A program made the position numbers and the translations under genes. The notes under the pieces were generated by a model, which had not been told where the DNA came from, did not search any database, and saw only the letters and a program-made list of their open reading frames with translations. From positions 22,282,618 through 22,346,617 of the forward strand of contig NC_068983.1 in NCBI RefSeq assembly GCF_001194135.2: a stretch of DNA of 64,000 nucleotides. Direction: 5' to 3'. Numbering within the stretch: the first letter of the stretch is position 1; each line of letters starts with the position of its first letter. The DNA is from Octopus bimaculoides (taxonomy: Eukaryota). Positions 25,023 to 37,733 of this stretch are shown here, one piece after another.

Positions 25023-27102
25023 GGGCCATATATCAGCCCCTAAAAAAATTTAAAAAATAATCACAATTAAGACATACTATTAACAAAAGGCACATTCATG
25101 TGTGAATTTAATAATAATATAAAAGAGCATTTTTATGTATCTTTCTTTGGTTTTAATATATAATAGAATAACAGGTAACTACAACTCTCCATGTATTATC
25201 TAAGCACAAACAAACTTATATATAAGCCTTCTTTCTTCCTTTTCACAACCAAATAATACTTCAACTTCACCAACAATTATAAACTTTCGACAAAGGTGAG
25301 GTGAGCCCTACAACAGAGTGCTTACTCCCACATCTGGAACATTATCATTACAGCATGCACATCCTTGACCAATATCTAAAGAAAAGCTAATCTACTACTT
25401 GGCATGAAGTGCCTCACAAACACTTTAACCAGTGTCTCCTCTCTATGCCTTTTCTACCACTACTACCTTGGCCTCTGCTCTTCAAAGCCAGATGGTCACA
25501 TGCCAGCTCTATATAAGCACTTGGATTTCATCTGTCTCCTTGTCACCCATATTGTATCTCCATATACACACAGAATGCACCACACTAACTGCTACAGCCA
25601 AACATTCTTAATGGAGAACAGCATCCCTCTGGATATGTCTACATGTGTTTTTCCTGGTATCATAAACTTGCAGCTTGTTTTAAGAAGAAATTAACTACAT
25701 CAGTCTAACTGGTCTTGCAGGGCATGCAAAGACCCTAGGCACAAAATAAACCAGAACATGCACGCATGCATGCACACAAATCAATGAACATTTGAAAGTC
25801 AATATCTAGCAGAAAAATGTGAGTAGAATATACGAACAAGGATAAGGGAAGTAGCTCTCTGTGCAGCAAAGTATACCTTTAAGCACATATGTATTTATGC
25901 ACATTTACACACACACACACACACACACCTAAATGCACACAGCTAACAAAAACAGAGTAGTTACAAATGTTTTCAATAGATGGAAAAAAAAATTATTCTA
26001 AAAATAAAATTAACTAAAACACAAACTAATCACAACTAAATAAAATGACTTTTCTACTATTAAAAACTTAAACACAAAAATAGATGCCTCTTAGTTAAAA
26101 CAGAAACACACACACAAACAAACAAACAAACACTCATACTCTTCTATTAAATGCTTTCTCCTGGCTATAAAAGAACAAGAAGGGGAAAAAGGTGGTGGCT
26201 TGTTGTTCTTCCACAATTAGATTACAGACAGGAGGGAATTAAAAGAATTTATAAAAGACATTTTATAAATAGCAGAGAGTTAAAATAATTGAAAGTATTG
26301 ATCCATTATATAGATCATTACTAAGTTCCTTAACCTATTTGAACTTGTATATCTCCTCTCTTTTTTTTCCCCCAAATGGGGCAGCCTTGTATTTCCTGTA
26401 CTGCAAGGCACCCATTTCTGTCCCTCAATCACACTCTAACCTCTCCTTACATCTCAATACTACTCCCCACTCAGCTGACAGGTCATGTCTTGCAAATTAC
26501 ATGGTGACCTCACTGGTGCTCATGTCACATAAAATGTACCCAGTTCACTCTGTAAAGTGGTTAGCATTAGGAAAGGCATCCAACCACAGAAACCATGCCA
26601 CCAAAGCAGACAGCAGACAGCAGAGCTGGGCCCAGTCTTTTGAATGAAGGCAGGCATTGAATGCTAATTATAATGATGATCAACGTTATTTGCTTCAAGT
26701 GTACTGTTCAACCTTCAATATATACTGCTATCTCTAGCAGACAGGTGTCCACCAGTGAACATAAGCACAAATAGCTCAAAACCAGATGGTCTGGTGGTCC
26801 CCATCATCATTGAAAGATGGCTGGGGGTGGGGGGCTTGCAATATATATTGGGTGCAGATTGCATCGATAACCAGCTGGAAAAGGCATCCTCCAGGGGTTA
26901 AAAACATAGTAACATCGGTTCCTATAGAACAGCCATGTTTAAGTGACAATAAACATTACCTATCAGTATAGTTACTACTTTCATCACTTACAGAGATTTT
27001 CTNNNNNNNNNNNNNNNNNNNNNNNNNNNNNNNNNNNNNNNNNNNNNNNNNNNNNNNNNNNNNNNNNNNNNNNNNNNNNNNNNNNNNNNNNNNNNNNNNN
27101 NN

Positions 27103-27138
<36 letters not shown>

Positions 27139-27954
27139 TGCACACACACATACACATCATTATTGAACAATGACACCTGAAATTCTATGTAGTTGCAGTG
27201 GTTAATATAAACACCAGTGTTTCATGATGCATGGAATTTTTTCGAAGCCATGTTTCCATATACAAGAAATAGCATCAAAGTCAACCTCAAATCACAACCC
27301 AGCTACACCCAAAACTCTCAAACAGCTACAGTTATATAGGCACCAGAGTTACGCAATCCATAGAATTTTTCAAACTACTGTGTCAGTATATAAGAAACAG
27401 CAGCCATATCTCCCTCAAATCACATCCCTACCATATTTAAAAAGAATTCTTAAAAAATGTAAAACATACATCATACTCTAAGATAGACAATGTCTGATGT
27501 AAGAAAACAAACTAAATGAGGGTCTGTTTATGTGGTCACCCAACCTGTTAGAAATATGAACCATAATTGGATAATGTATCAGTGTCCTTAGAACTAAAAA
27601 GATAGAATGGTCATAGCAGGAACGCTTCTGATGAAAGGTTCCCCTATCAAAAGAGACCTTGGGTTAAACAACCTCAAAGAAGACAGAAATGAATAGAGAA
27701 TAAAAATAAATACAAATTACAACAGTGCAACTATTGAAGAAACTGACAAAGTATAACGATGGTAGTGGTGGTGGTGGTGATGGTGGTTGTATGTGGTGGG
27801 CGGGAGTGAAGTAAAGTGATAGTAAAGAAGTATCATATTCAAGGTTGGTTATATAATATAACCTGCTGGGTGTAACTCCAGCTGACTGACTGATTTATTC
27901 AACCAGATGTATGAGCAATGTGCAAACAATAAGAGAGAGGTGGAGGAAGAGAGA

Positions 27955-28085
27955 GAGAAGGGAAGAGAGAGAGAAGGGAAGAGAGAGAGAGAGAAGGGAA
28001 GAGAGAGAGAGAGAAGGGAAGAGAGAGATAGAGAAGGGAAGAGAGAGAGAGATAGAGAAGGGAAGAGAGAGAGAGATAGAGAGAG
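27955..28085. repeat. Polypurine minisatellite, (AG)nAAGGGA units
   Basis: About six 18-22 nt units of GAGAGAGAGAAGGGAA, followed by a long (CA/TA) compound microsatellite to about 28515. Confidence 0.85.
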
Positions 28086-28463
28086 ACTGCATGCATGGAG
28101 ACAGAGAAGGAGGCTTAGTGAGAAGATGAGAATTGTAAGAGTTGAGATGCAAAGTACTCTATGCATTATACAATATATATATGTGTGCGTGTGTGTATAC
28201 ATATATACACACACACATATATACGCATACATATATATATACACACATACATACGTATACACACACATATATATATATATACACATACATACATACATAC
28301 ATATACACAGATACATAGACACACATATATACACATACATACATACACACATACACACACACATATATATACACACAATATATACACACATACGCACATA
28401 CATACATAATATATACACATACATACATATACATGCAAACATGCATATACACATATATACACA

Positions 28464-28515
<52 letters not shown>

Positions 28516-29027
28516 AACACAGTAAAAGAGAGAGAGAATTATAACAGCAACAAATGTGCACACTGACACAACTGGATTATTTAACCTGATCTGCGTACAA
28601 TGTACAACAATTGTAGACACAGTGTTTGCCTGTGGTGCATGTGCTGGGTTGCAGGGTATCACACCTAATGAATAGAAACACACCCATGTTACCACCTGCA
28701 TATGCACTCACCAACAAAATCTAAGTGCGTATGAACACTCACACATGCATGCACACATTCAAAAGTACACATGCACTTGAAGTAGACAGGTCTGTGCATA
28801 GATGCATTCACACACACACACACACACAGATGTAAATATATACACACCAGAAATAAAATCTGAAAGACTAAAATAAAGGGAGTGAGTGAGTGGGGTTCTT
28901 CATTGTAGGTTAATATAGTTCAACAGGATTAGTGTCAGTCACACGTTTATTATAAAGGCATATCAATTAACTGACAAATTTCATCACATACTATAAAATA
29001 ACAGACAACTTGTGTATGTATGTATAC

Positions 29028-29080
<53 letters not shown>

Positions 29081-29159
29081 CATACACACACATATATATT
29101 TACATATATATGTGTGTGTGTGTGTGTGTAAATATATAAAAATAAAAAGATAAAGAGAG

Positions 29160-29447
29160 CAATGGTAAGGTTGGAGAAGTATTTTATGGATAGAGTCTTA
29201 CAGCTGTTTCTGGGAAGATCCAGTACTTCCCTTCATCGGAGACAGAAAAAATAAAGCAATCTATTATTATATCCATAGGCGGATATTTTTAGTATGAAGT
29301 GGTAAAGAGTGTGATGTGCTGAAAAAAGAGAGAACAGTACTTGAAGTCTAGTTTCATTCCAGTAGTAAATATCCGTGTAGAAATCCATGTAAAGTAATCC
29401 TTGTGGGGATAATCCGGAAATTTATGTTGGAGCGAAAGTTGATATAG
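29160..29447 (-). mobile_element. Probable Penelope-like element terminal (pLTR) remnant carrying the hammerhead
   Basis: Non-SINE sequence between a (TA)/(CA) microsatellite and an assembly gap that contains the hammerhead fold. No RT or GIY-YIG coding sequence is visible, so the assignment rests on the known association of this hammerhead type with Penelope-like elements. Confidence 0.5.
29195..29243 (-). ncRNA. Minimal type I hammerhead ribozyme motif (Penelope-like-element type, palindromic loop 3); U4C core variant
   Basis: Minus strand reads GUCU-CCGAUGA-A-GGGAAG-UACUGGAU-CUUCCC-A-GAA-AC-AGCU-GU-A^AGAC. Stem I is GUCU/AGAC, stem II GGGAAG/CUUCCC, stem III AC/GU closed by the palindromic tetraloop AGCU, and the triplet is GUA (cut between 29199 and 29198). 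Activity is not shown. Confidence 0.78.
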
Positions 29448-29944
29448 CNNNNNNNNNNNNNNNNNNNNNNNNNNNNNNNNNNNNNNNNNNNNNNNNNNNN
29501 NNNNNNNNNNNNNNNNNNNNNNNNNNNNNNNNNNNNNNNNNNNNNNNNNNNNNNNNNNNNNNNNNNNNNNNNNNNNNNNNNNNNNNNNNNNNNNNNNNNN
29601 NNNNNNNNNNNNNNNNNNNNNNNNNNNNNNNNNNNNNNNNNNNNNNNNNNNNNNNNNNNNNNNNNNNNNNNNNNNNNNNNNNNNNNNNNNNNNNNNNNNN
29701 NNNNNNNNNNNNNNNNNNNNNNNNNNNNNNNNNNNNNNNNNNNNNNNNNNNNNTATATATATAACGCCGGTGTTAAAACGGGGGTAGCTGATGAAGGAAA
29801 ATGTTCTCTATGTGGCTTGTGTGTTTTCTTGTCTACGTTTTGTTTGCAATGTCCTGTACCCAGATATGCACCTATACATACAGGTGGATGTCGGTATGCA
29901 CATACCTGTACGTATATATGCATATACTCATTTACTATTTGTTT

Positions 29945-29976
<32 letters not shown>

Positions 29977-30209
29977 GCACACACATATGTACATACATAC
30001 ATATATGTATGTATTCTTTCATTTTAGTCGAACAAACCGACCCAGGACTTATTCTTTGTAAGTCCAGTACTTCTTTTATCAGCCTGTTTTGCTGAACCAC
30101 AAGCCCATTGCTGAACCACAAGCCCATTGCTGAACCACAAGCCCATTGCTGATTTTCTTGATGTTTCACTCAATTGTTTGTTATCTTCCCATATTTAGCA
30201 CATAAATCT

Positions 30210-30680
30210 TGCTTCAGTCAACCTTGCATTTCATCCTTCCAGGGTTTTTAAAGTACCAGCCAAATACTGGAGTTGATATAATGACTAATGCCTGACCTTA
30301 AAACTGCTGACCTTGTGCCCTAAATGGGAATGCTGGCAGAATTGTTAGCACACCGGGCAAAATGCTCAGCAGCATTTCATGACTTCATGTTCTGAGTTCA
30401 AATCCTGCCAAAGCTGACATTGCCTTACATCCTTTTGAGATCAATAGAATAATCACCAGCTGTGTCATAGGGCTCTATGTAATCGACTTACTCCCTCCTC
30501 TGAATTTGCTGACCCAGTACCAAAATTTGAAAACATTATTATTGCAGATTTGTTAGCATACCAGACTAAATGAGTCAATAAAATAAGTACCAGCTGACTA
30601 GTGGGGTTGTTGTAATCAGATAGCCCCTTCCCTTAATATGTCAGGCCTTGTGCTTAAAGTGAAAAGTATTATTACAATTA
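30210..30680 (+). mobile_element. Three tandem diverged SINE family C units
   Basis: Repeated ..TTTCATCCTT..AAGTACCAGC..GTAATC..CCTTGTGC blocks separated by short ATT tails. Confidence 0.6.
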
Positions 30681-31034
30681 TTACCATCACCAAGAAAAGA
30701 GGGAACACAGATGGAGAGAGCATGAGCTAGAAAGAGTGAGTGAGTGTGTGAATATGAGAAGGATTCTAGAGAGAGAGAGAAAAAAAACTTACTGTTTCCT
30801 TCGTATCAAAAGACCTAACTTCCATCTATATACATGTACATCACAATGAAATATTTTCACAGACACGGTGAAGTATTGTACAAACACGTTCAGGTACTTG
30901 ATATAAATTTCATATGAGCAGAGCATGTGTGTGTGATTTTTATGAAATTAAAAAACATTTTTTTTTTCTTCTTTTACACTTTTACATCAGCATTCAAGAC
31001 ACTTTAATTCATTGAAATAAAATATAAGCACACA

Positions 31035-31080
<46 letters not shown>

Positions 31081-32847
31081 ATAATGCTTAAAAATATGCC
31101 TAGAAATTTGAAAAAACGCTTTGTGTTTGTACATATTTAAATTGCATTACAGTAACTATTGCATTTATTTTCCTTATCTCAGCATTCAAGTACATTAAAT
31201 TTATTAAGATAAGTTAAGGGTAAGAGAGGTAACATCTCAATAAATTGTGTATTTGATTCTAAGAGACAGAACAACCTTTGATCAATAAAACTAATTGCTA
31301 AAAATAAACTTTGTTTTGGTGTAGTAGATCACGGGACAAAACATTAAACTGCAGAGCATTTTAAGGTTCCAGTTTGGGAATTCAGGACTTTTAGGAAGTA
31401 TAGTGTTACCACATTGTTAACACTTAGTCACCACTATTTCCATGTCTCCTCTGTTCTGGATAGTAGTAGTACCTGCCAAGAGCCGCAGTTATGGGTCAGA
31501 CAATAGATGGTTATGTGGCTAAGGTGTACAGCACTTGGAGGCAGGTTGGTCACATGACATGTGTCACACAGGTTGTCCTGTGTCTCATGAGTAAGCTTGG
31601 AAGAGCTGGAGACTAGCAGAGTAACTGTAAATATACTAACAGAAAGCAAGGGGAAACCACTGAAGTATCTTTTTCAAGAAAATTCATGAATATTTAGACC
31701 TTAGCATGAAGGTCCATAATGACCAACATCTGTAATGGAGGGAAAGAGAAGGACTTTCTAATGAAGGCTTAAAGATTTTTAGAGAAATAGGTGAAGCGCA
31801 ATATAACTGAAGACATCCCAATTAGGAACTGAAACGTGTTGATAGGTTTTGTGATTTTGTTACTTGCCAATCACAATACACTTTTTACAATAATAACAAA
31901 CTCAAAACCCCTTGTCCACACACACAAAGTCAGAAAGTAGGGCTTCTATTTTTCAGTGTGCTAAAAATAACAGCTAAATCTAGCCCTAATCAAATCCTGT
32001 GCCTTGAAGAAAAGAAGAACGCATTGGATATTGTAAGTCCCAGATGCTTGAAAAAATAATGATGTGATGGCTGCAGTTCAAACATCTTTCATCAATGGGT
32101 CTGCTCAGGACTGACAAGAAGCTAAGTAACGAGAAAGAACACATTGTATACAGTGTAGGATGATCATGATTGGAACGTCTTTGATCATAAGTTTCCTTAA
32201 TTAGGAACTAATTAACAATACAAACTCTACTCCTTCCCTTTATTTTTTATATTTATTATAAAAAAAGAGTATATCAGCTAATTTTGATAGGTGCATATTT
32301 CTCCTACTACCATTCTGGCTACATTTTACTTATGCTTTTAGTTACTTCAAATCAAACTGAGAGTATATAAGGACTGAGAAAATGGAAACTACTAAACATA
32401 GACTTGAAATTTCAATGTCACAGCATTATTTACAATAGGCCGTAAGTTACAGAAAGTAAGTCAGAAGTTTATTATTACTTTCCCAACACAACAACCTTAA
32501 CTGAGTCACTAAGAATATTATCTCACAATCTAGCAAATAATAGTTTGTTTATGGTTTGTTATATTTAATGTACAAAGTACAAAGTTTATTTCCAATTTTT
32601 TTTTATTTTTAATTATCTATTGTCGTGTTAAAAGCACTGCTTTCAGCACCTCATAAAAAGTTCTTGTGCCAGCACCACATAATAGAGTGTTTGTGCTGAT
32701 GCACAGTTTGTGGAGTGGTTAGTGTTAGGAAGGGCATCCAGCCTTAGAAATGACGTCAAATCAGAACAAATAGTGCCTAGGCTGCTTTGCAGCTGGCCAA
32801 CTCCTGTCAAACCATCCAATCTATGCTAACATGGAAAATGATGGTGG

Positions 32848-32895
<48 letters not shown>

Positions 32896-34012
32896 GGAGG
32901 AGGAGGAGGAGGNNNNNNNNNNNNNNNNNNNNNNNNNNNNNNNNNNNNNNNNNNNNNNNNNNNNNNNNNNNNNNNNNNNNNNNNNNNNNNNNNNNNNNNN
33001 NNNNNNNNNNNNNNNNNNNNNNNNNNNNNNNNNNNNNNNNNNNNNNNNNNNNNNNNNNNNNNNNNNNNNNNNNNNNNNNNNNNNNNNNNNNNNNNNNNNN
33101 NNNNNNNNNNNNNNNNNNNNNNNNNNNNNNNNNNNNNNNNNNNNNNNNNNNNNNNNNNNNNNNNNNNNNNNNNNNNNNNNNNNNNNNNNNNNNNNNNNNN
33201 NNNNNNNNNNNNNNNNNNNNNNNNNNNNNNNNNNNNNNNNNNNNNNNNNNNNNNNNNNNNNNNNNNNNNNNNNNNNNNNNNNNNNNNNNNNNNNNNNNNN
33301 NNNNNNNNNNNNNNNNNNNNNNNNNNNNNNNNNNNNNNNNNNNNNNNNNNNNNNNNNNNNNNNNNNNNNNNNNNNNNNNNNNNNNNNNNNNNNNNNNNNN
33401 NNNNNNNNNNNNNNNNNNNNNNNNNNNNNNNNNNNNNNNNNNNNNNNNNNNNNNNNNNNNNNNNNNNNNNNNNNNNNNNNNNNNNNNNNNNNNNNNNNNN
33501 NNNNNNNNNNNNNNNNNNNNNNNNNNNNNNNNNNNNNNNNNNNNNNNNNNNNNNNNNNNNNNNNNNNNNNNNNNNNNNNNNNNNNNNNNNNNNNNNNNNN
33601 NNNNNNNNNNNNNNNNNNNNNNNNNNNNNNNNNNNNNNNNNNNNNNNNNNNNNNNNNNNNNNNNNNNNNNNNNNNNNNNNNNNNNNNNNNNNNNNNNNNN
33701 NNNNNNNNNNNNNNNNNNNNNNNNNNNNNNNNNNNNNNNNNNNNNNNNNNNNNNNNNNNNNNNNNNNNNNNNNNNNNNNNNNNNNNNNNNNNNNNNNNNN
33801 NNTCTCTAATGAAAGACCCTACCCAAAACATTAATCTCTTCTTCCTTACAGTAAAATAATTTATTCATCATCATCACCCTCATTATTTCAATGTTTACTG
33901 TTCCATGCTTCATGGGTCAGACAGAATTGATTGTGGCAAATATTAGTTGGTGAGCTGGCAGAAATGTTAGTGTGCCGGGTGAAGTACTTAGTGGTATTTC
34001 GTCTGTGTTACT

Positions 34013-34152
34013 ACACTTACGGAGTGGTTGGCGTTTGGAAGGGCATCCAGCTGTAGAAACACTGCCAGATCAGACTGGAACCTGGTGCAGCCTCCTGGCT
34101 TCCCAGACCCCGGTGGAACCATTCCACCCATGATAGCATGGAAAACAGACAT
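34013..34152 (+). mobile_element. 3' end of RTE-type LINE (GAT tail)
   Basis: GGAGTGGTTGGCGTTTGGAAGGGCATCCAGCTGTAGAAAC..GACATTAAACGATGATGATG. Confidence 0.78.
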
Positions 34153-34721
34153 TAAACGATGATGATGATGATAATTCTACAGCCAGATGTCCTGCTTGTC
34201 ACCAAACTTCACTTGTTTCCATGGAAGATTCAAAATGAACAATATTTGTACGCCTGAGAAGCTCAATTTACAACTAACACACAATGTCAGGGCAAGCAGA
34301 GACAACTGCACACACATACACAGCTCATGCACTTACAAAATCATATACCTGTTTATGTGATGGGCTTCTTTCAGTTTCTGTCTATCAAATCCACTCAGAT
34401 AGCTTTAGTTGACACAAGGATATAGTAGAAAACACTTGCCTACGGGTGTCAGACAGCAGAACTGAACCCAAAATTATGAAATTGGAAAGTTTCTTTTTTT
34501 TTTTTTTTTTTTTTTTATATAATCATTGTCAACACAGACTATCACTAGTTTCCTTGGATTGTACTATTTACTACATTAGCAAGTAACTAGTTTCTTTAAA
34601 AACTAAACATAAAACTGGCCTGAAGTTGGATATTTTCAAGATTTCAAGTAGGGCAGTACTTGAGTTTTATTTCCCATCCTCTATCTTTCTCCTACTGTCT
34701 GTCTCTCTCTGTCTCTCTCCA

Positions 34722-34772
<51 letters not shown>

Positions 34773-35100
34773 GAGTAGTGGAAGGAGATTAATCACATTC
34801 CAAAAACTAATCCTTAAGCCAATATGTCAACAACATTGGGATGGTCCCAGATAGAAAGTTTACTATAAAATTAACAAAAAAAAAAACACTCACAAAAAGA
34901 CAAGAAAACCGGGAAAATGTATTTGATCAGAGGCGGTGTTAGTTAAGACTGTACATTATTCATTACTTCTCTCCTCATGAAGGATATGAGAGGGGCAAAA
35001 GAAGGGAAACTGCTTCCACCAAAAACAATAACCACAACAGAGAGATATTTAGATCAACAGAAAGCATGCTAAGTTCTTTCAATAAGCAAGCATTTGAGTA

Positions 35101-35761
35101 TACACAATCCGATCAATAAGGATCTGGACTGTTGCAATAGTAAAGCACACAGAGTGAAGCTGCTTGGCACAGATTGACCTTGAACTCAGCTGTGCACATG
35201 CACTAAGTTCTAACATTCTAGCTCACTTCCGCTGTTTACAGCAGTGCTTGGAAGGAACATGTGTAGCGTGTGATCGTCGCATTGACCATGACAGAGGAGG
35301 TTGAGCAGATCTTCTGCATCAAATTTTGCTAAAAGCTTGGCGACACCTGCTCAGAGGCCTATGCATGCAAAGTTTACAAAAATTTTTCATCATTCTTGAC
35401 ACAATTAAGGAGATCTTGTGCAACTGAAACCCAAGTGTCCCTTTGGTCAGCTGAAAGCAGTTTCGGCACAAACTTGGTAGACACACATCCCATACAAAAA
35501 TCTCCAGTGATAATGGACTGAACTGAACCATAACTCATCTGCACATCCTCTGATAACTCACAGATGATGATTCAACGATTCCCCCCTCACAACTGCACAC
35601 ACATCTGTGATGTTTTCTCCATTCTGCTGGTTGCATGTCTCCCAGAACATTCATCAATATCGACATTTTTAGGCCATCATCTTTGCCAAACAGCTTCATT
35701 CTCCATGCTTTAGCTTCATTACTATAGCAACAGTTTGGATACTTATTGATGAGACCTCGTA
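35101..35761. mobile_element. Non-autonomous mariner with both TIRs and an internal inversion
   Basis: Left TACACAATCCGATCAATAAGGATCTGGACTGTTGC versus right reverse complement TACGAGGTCTCATCAATAAGTATCCAAACTGTTGC. Plus strand MTEEVEQIFCIKFC*KLGDTCSEAY (from 35288); minus strand ..SVQSII..VSTKFVPKLLSADQRDTWVSVAQDLLNCVKND (about 35385-35690). Confidence 0.78.
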
Positions 35762-35825
35762 ATTCCCAACAACTGTGATTTCTATAATAACAATAATACT
35801 TTCTTAATAATAATAATAATAATAA

Positions 35826-36040
35826 TAATCCTTTCTATTATAGGCACAAGGCCTGAAATTCCAGGGAGGGTCAAAGTCAATTAACATCAACCCCAGTGCT
35901 CAACTGGTACTTAATTTATCGACTCTGAAAGCATGAAAGGCAAAGTCAACCTCAACAAAATTTGAACGCAGAACATGAAGGTGGACAAAATGCTGCTAAG
36001 CATTTTGCTTAGCATGCAAATGATTCTGCCAGCACACCGC
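35826..36040 (-). mobile_element. SINE family C copy with (AAT)n tail
   Basis: CCTTTCTATTATAGGCACAAGGCCTGAAATT..CAACTGGTACTT..GAAAGGCAAAGTCAACCTC..TTTGAACGCAGAAC..GCTAAGCATTTTGC. Confidence 0.75.
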
Positions 36041-37670
36041 TTTAATAATAGTATACAACAAAAACAACAAGGAGCACTAACTTGTGGCAATATCCAGGGT
36101 TTAAGGCAAAAACTGAATCCATGCAAATCTCAAAGTACTACAGGATGTAGCAATGGCTATCTAGGTTCTGTAGTAAGAGACATTGTAAAAAGCCTGGCCT
36201 AATGAAGATCAGCAACAAACAACACCACCAATAGGAGGCATAGCAAGAAAACCTTCCACAACAGGAGTAGACTTCCATTTTCATTGACATAACAGAAAAA
36301 TGCCTCCCGGCAAACTCTTTGCTAAATAGATACCACTACTTTTAAAACCTGTAAATCTTAAAGTGCCTGCTCTAAGCCAGCAAGGTAATGATTCACTAAT
36401 TGTTACAGATAGAGAATTAAGTTGACAGTTTAACAATTAAAAATACCTGCCAAATATTTCATTCTATTTGGACATGTCATGCACCTGCATGAACAGAGTC
36501 AATAAAGGTCATACAACACTCTTCCACTCCCTCCTCTTCAACCATGTGACCCGTGCTAACAGCCACACAAGACTCCCAATCACCACCAAGAACAACAACA
36601 ACAGACATTAAAGGAGCACACATCAGTGTTATCCACTAGAGGTTGCAGCAGACGGTTGGTAGATACTGATTTGATTGTTGTTGAGAAGTGCAACTCATGT
36701 GGCTCTGTGGTTAGGGTATCCAGCTCATGATCATAAGGTCACGAGTTCAATTCCCAGCAGTATGTTGTCATTGAGCAAGACACTTTATTGCACGTTGCTC
36801 CAGTCCACTCATCTGACAAAAATGAGCAGTAATTGTATTGCAAATGGTCAGCCTAATCACACTCTGTGTCATGCTGAATCTTCCTGAGAACTACTTTAAG
36901 GTTATGCATATTTGTAGAGTGGTCAGCAATTTGCTAGTTAATTTCCCGAGTAGGCTGTTCCGTTATTCAAATCAACTGGAACCCCTGTCATGGTAACCGA
37001 TGGAATACCAGATTGCTGAGACAGGCACTCCAATGATGAAAGAGCCTCTGCCTGCAAGAAATAGCAGCCAATTTCTCAAATCATACAGTACGACCTTAAT
37101 AGAAGTGAATATTGACTGTGTTCTTGCATACTCCTAAACAGATGGAATGTTCACAGTTGGAATGTCTCTGATCATAGGTCTGCTTGACTAAGGGTTAAAC
37201 AACAACCAAGGAAACCTCTAAGGTTCACAACACACCTTCTAAAAATTAAGAAACAGATGGATTTCTAGTTATTCATAAATAGCACAACTGAAGTGGGTTT
37301 TTTTTTACCTTACTAGAAACAGCAACCAAATCTTTAAATCCTATTCGATCGTTAAAAAAAAGAAACAAAGAATGGATATCATAGTCCTAGATATATTCTA
37401 TGAGGGGAGGAGAGAGGGCAAAGACAAAGAAAACAGATTGTTCAGGTTGGAAGTGGAGCAACTCTTGCCTTTGATCTGAGACCTGCTTGATCAGAGCCAA
37501 CATCAGGGTGGAGAGAGAGACACTAACACCAACTATAACAGCATTAGATACATAAAAGAGAAAGGTGTGTGATTTATTATGATAGAATCTGAGTAGATAA
37601 AAACCCAATAGTGAAATAGAAGCTTTTGATCCAATGTCAACAGAGAAGATAATGCTTTTAACAGCACTTC

Positions 37671-37733
<63 letters not shown>

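Noticed and set aside
27849-28707. ORFs of up to 223 aa rich in C/V/Y/M or R/E/H/T
   Set aside because: They are translations of AG, CA and TA microsatellites with no splice or homology evidence.
30089-30152. CRISPR-like array (also the 24-bp tandem duplication at 6555-6602 and the 40545-40652 repeats)
   Set aside because: The units are contiguous with no spacers, there are no cas genes, and the context is eukaryotic.
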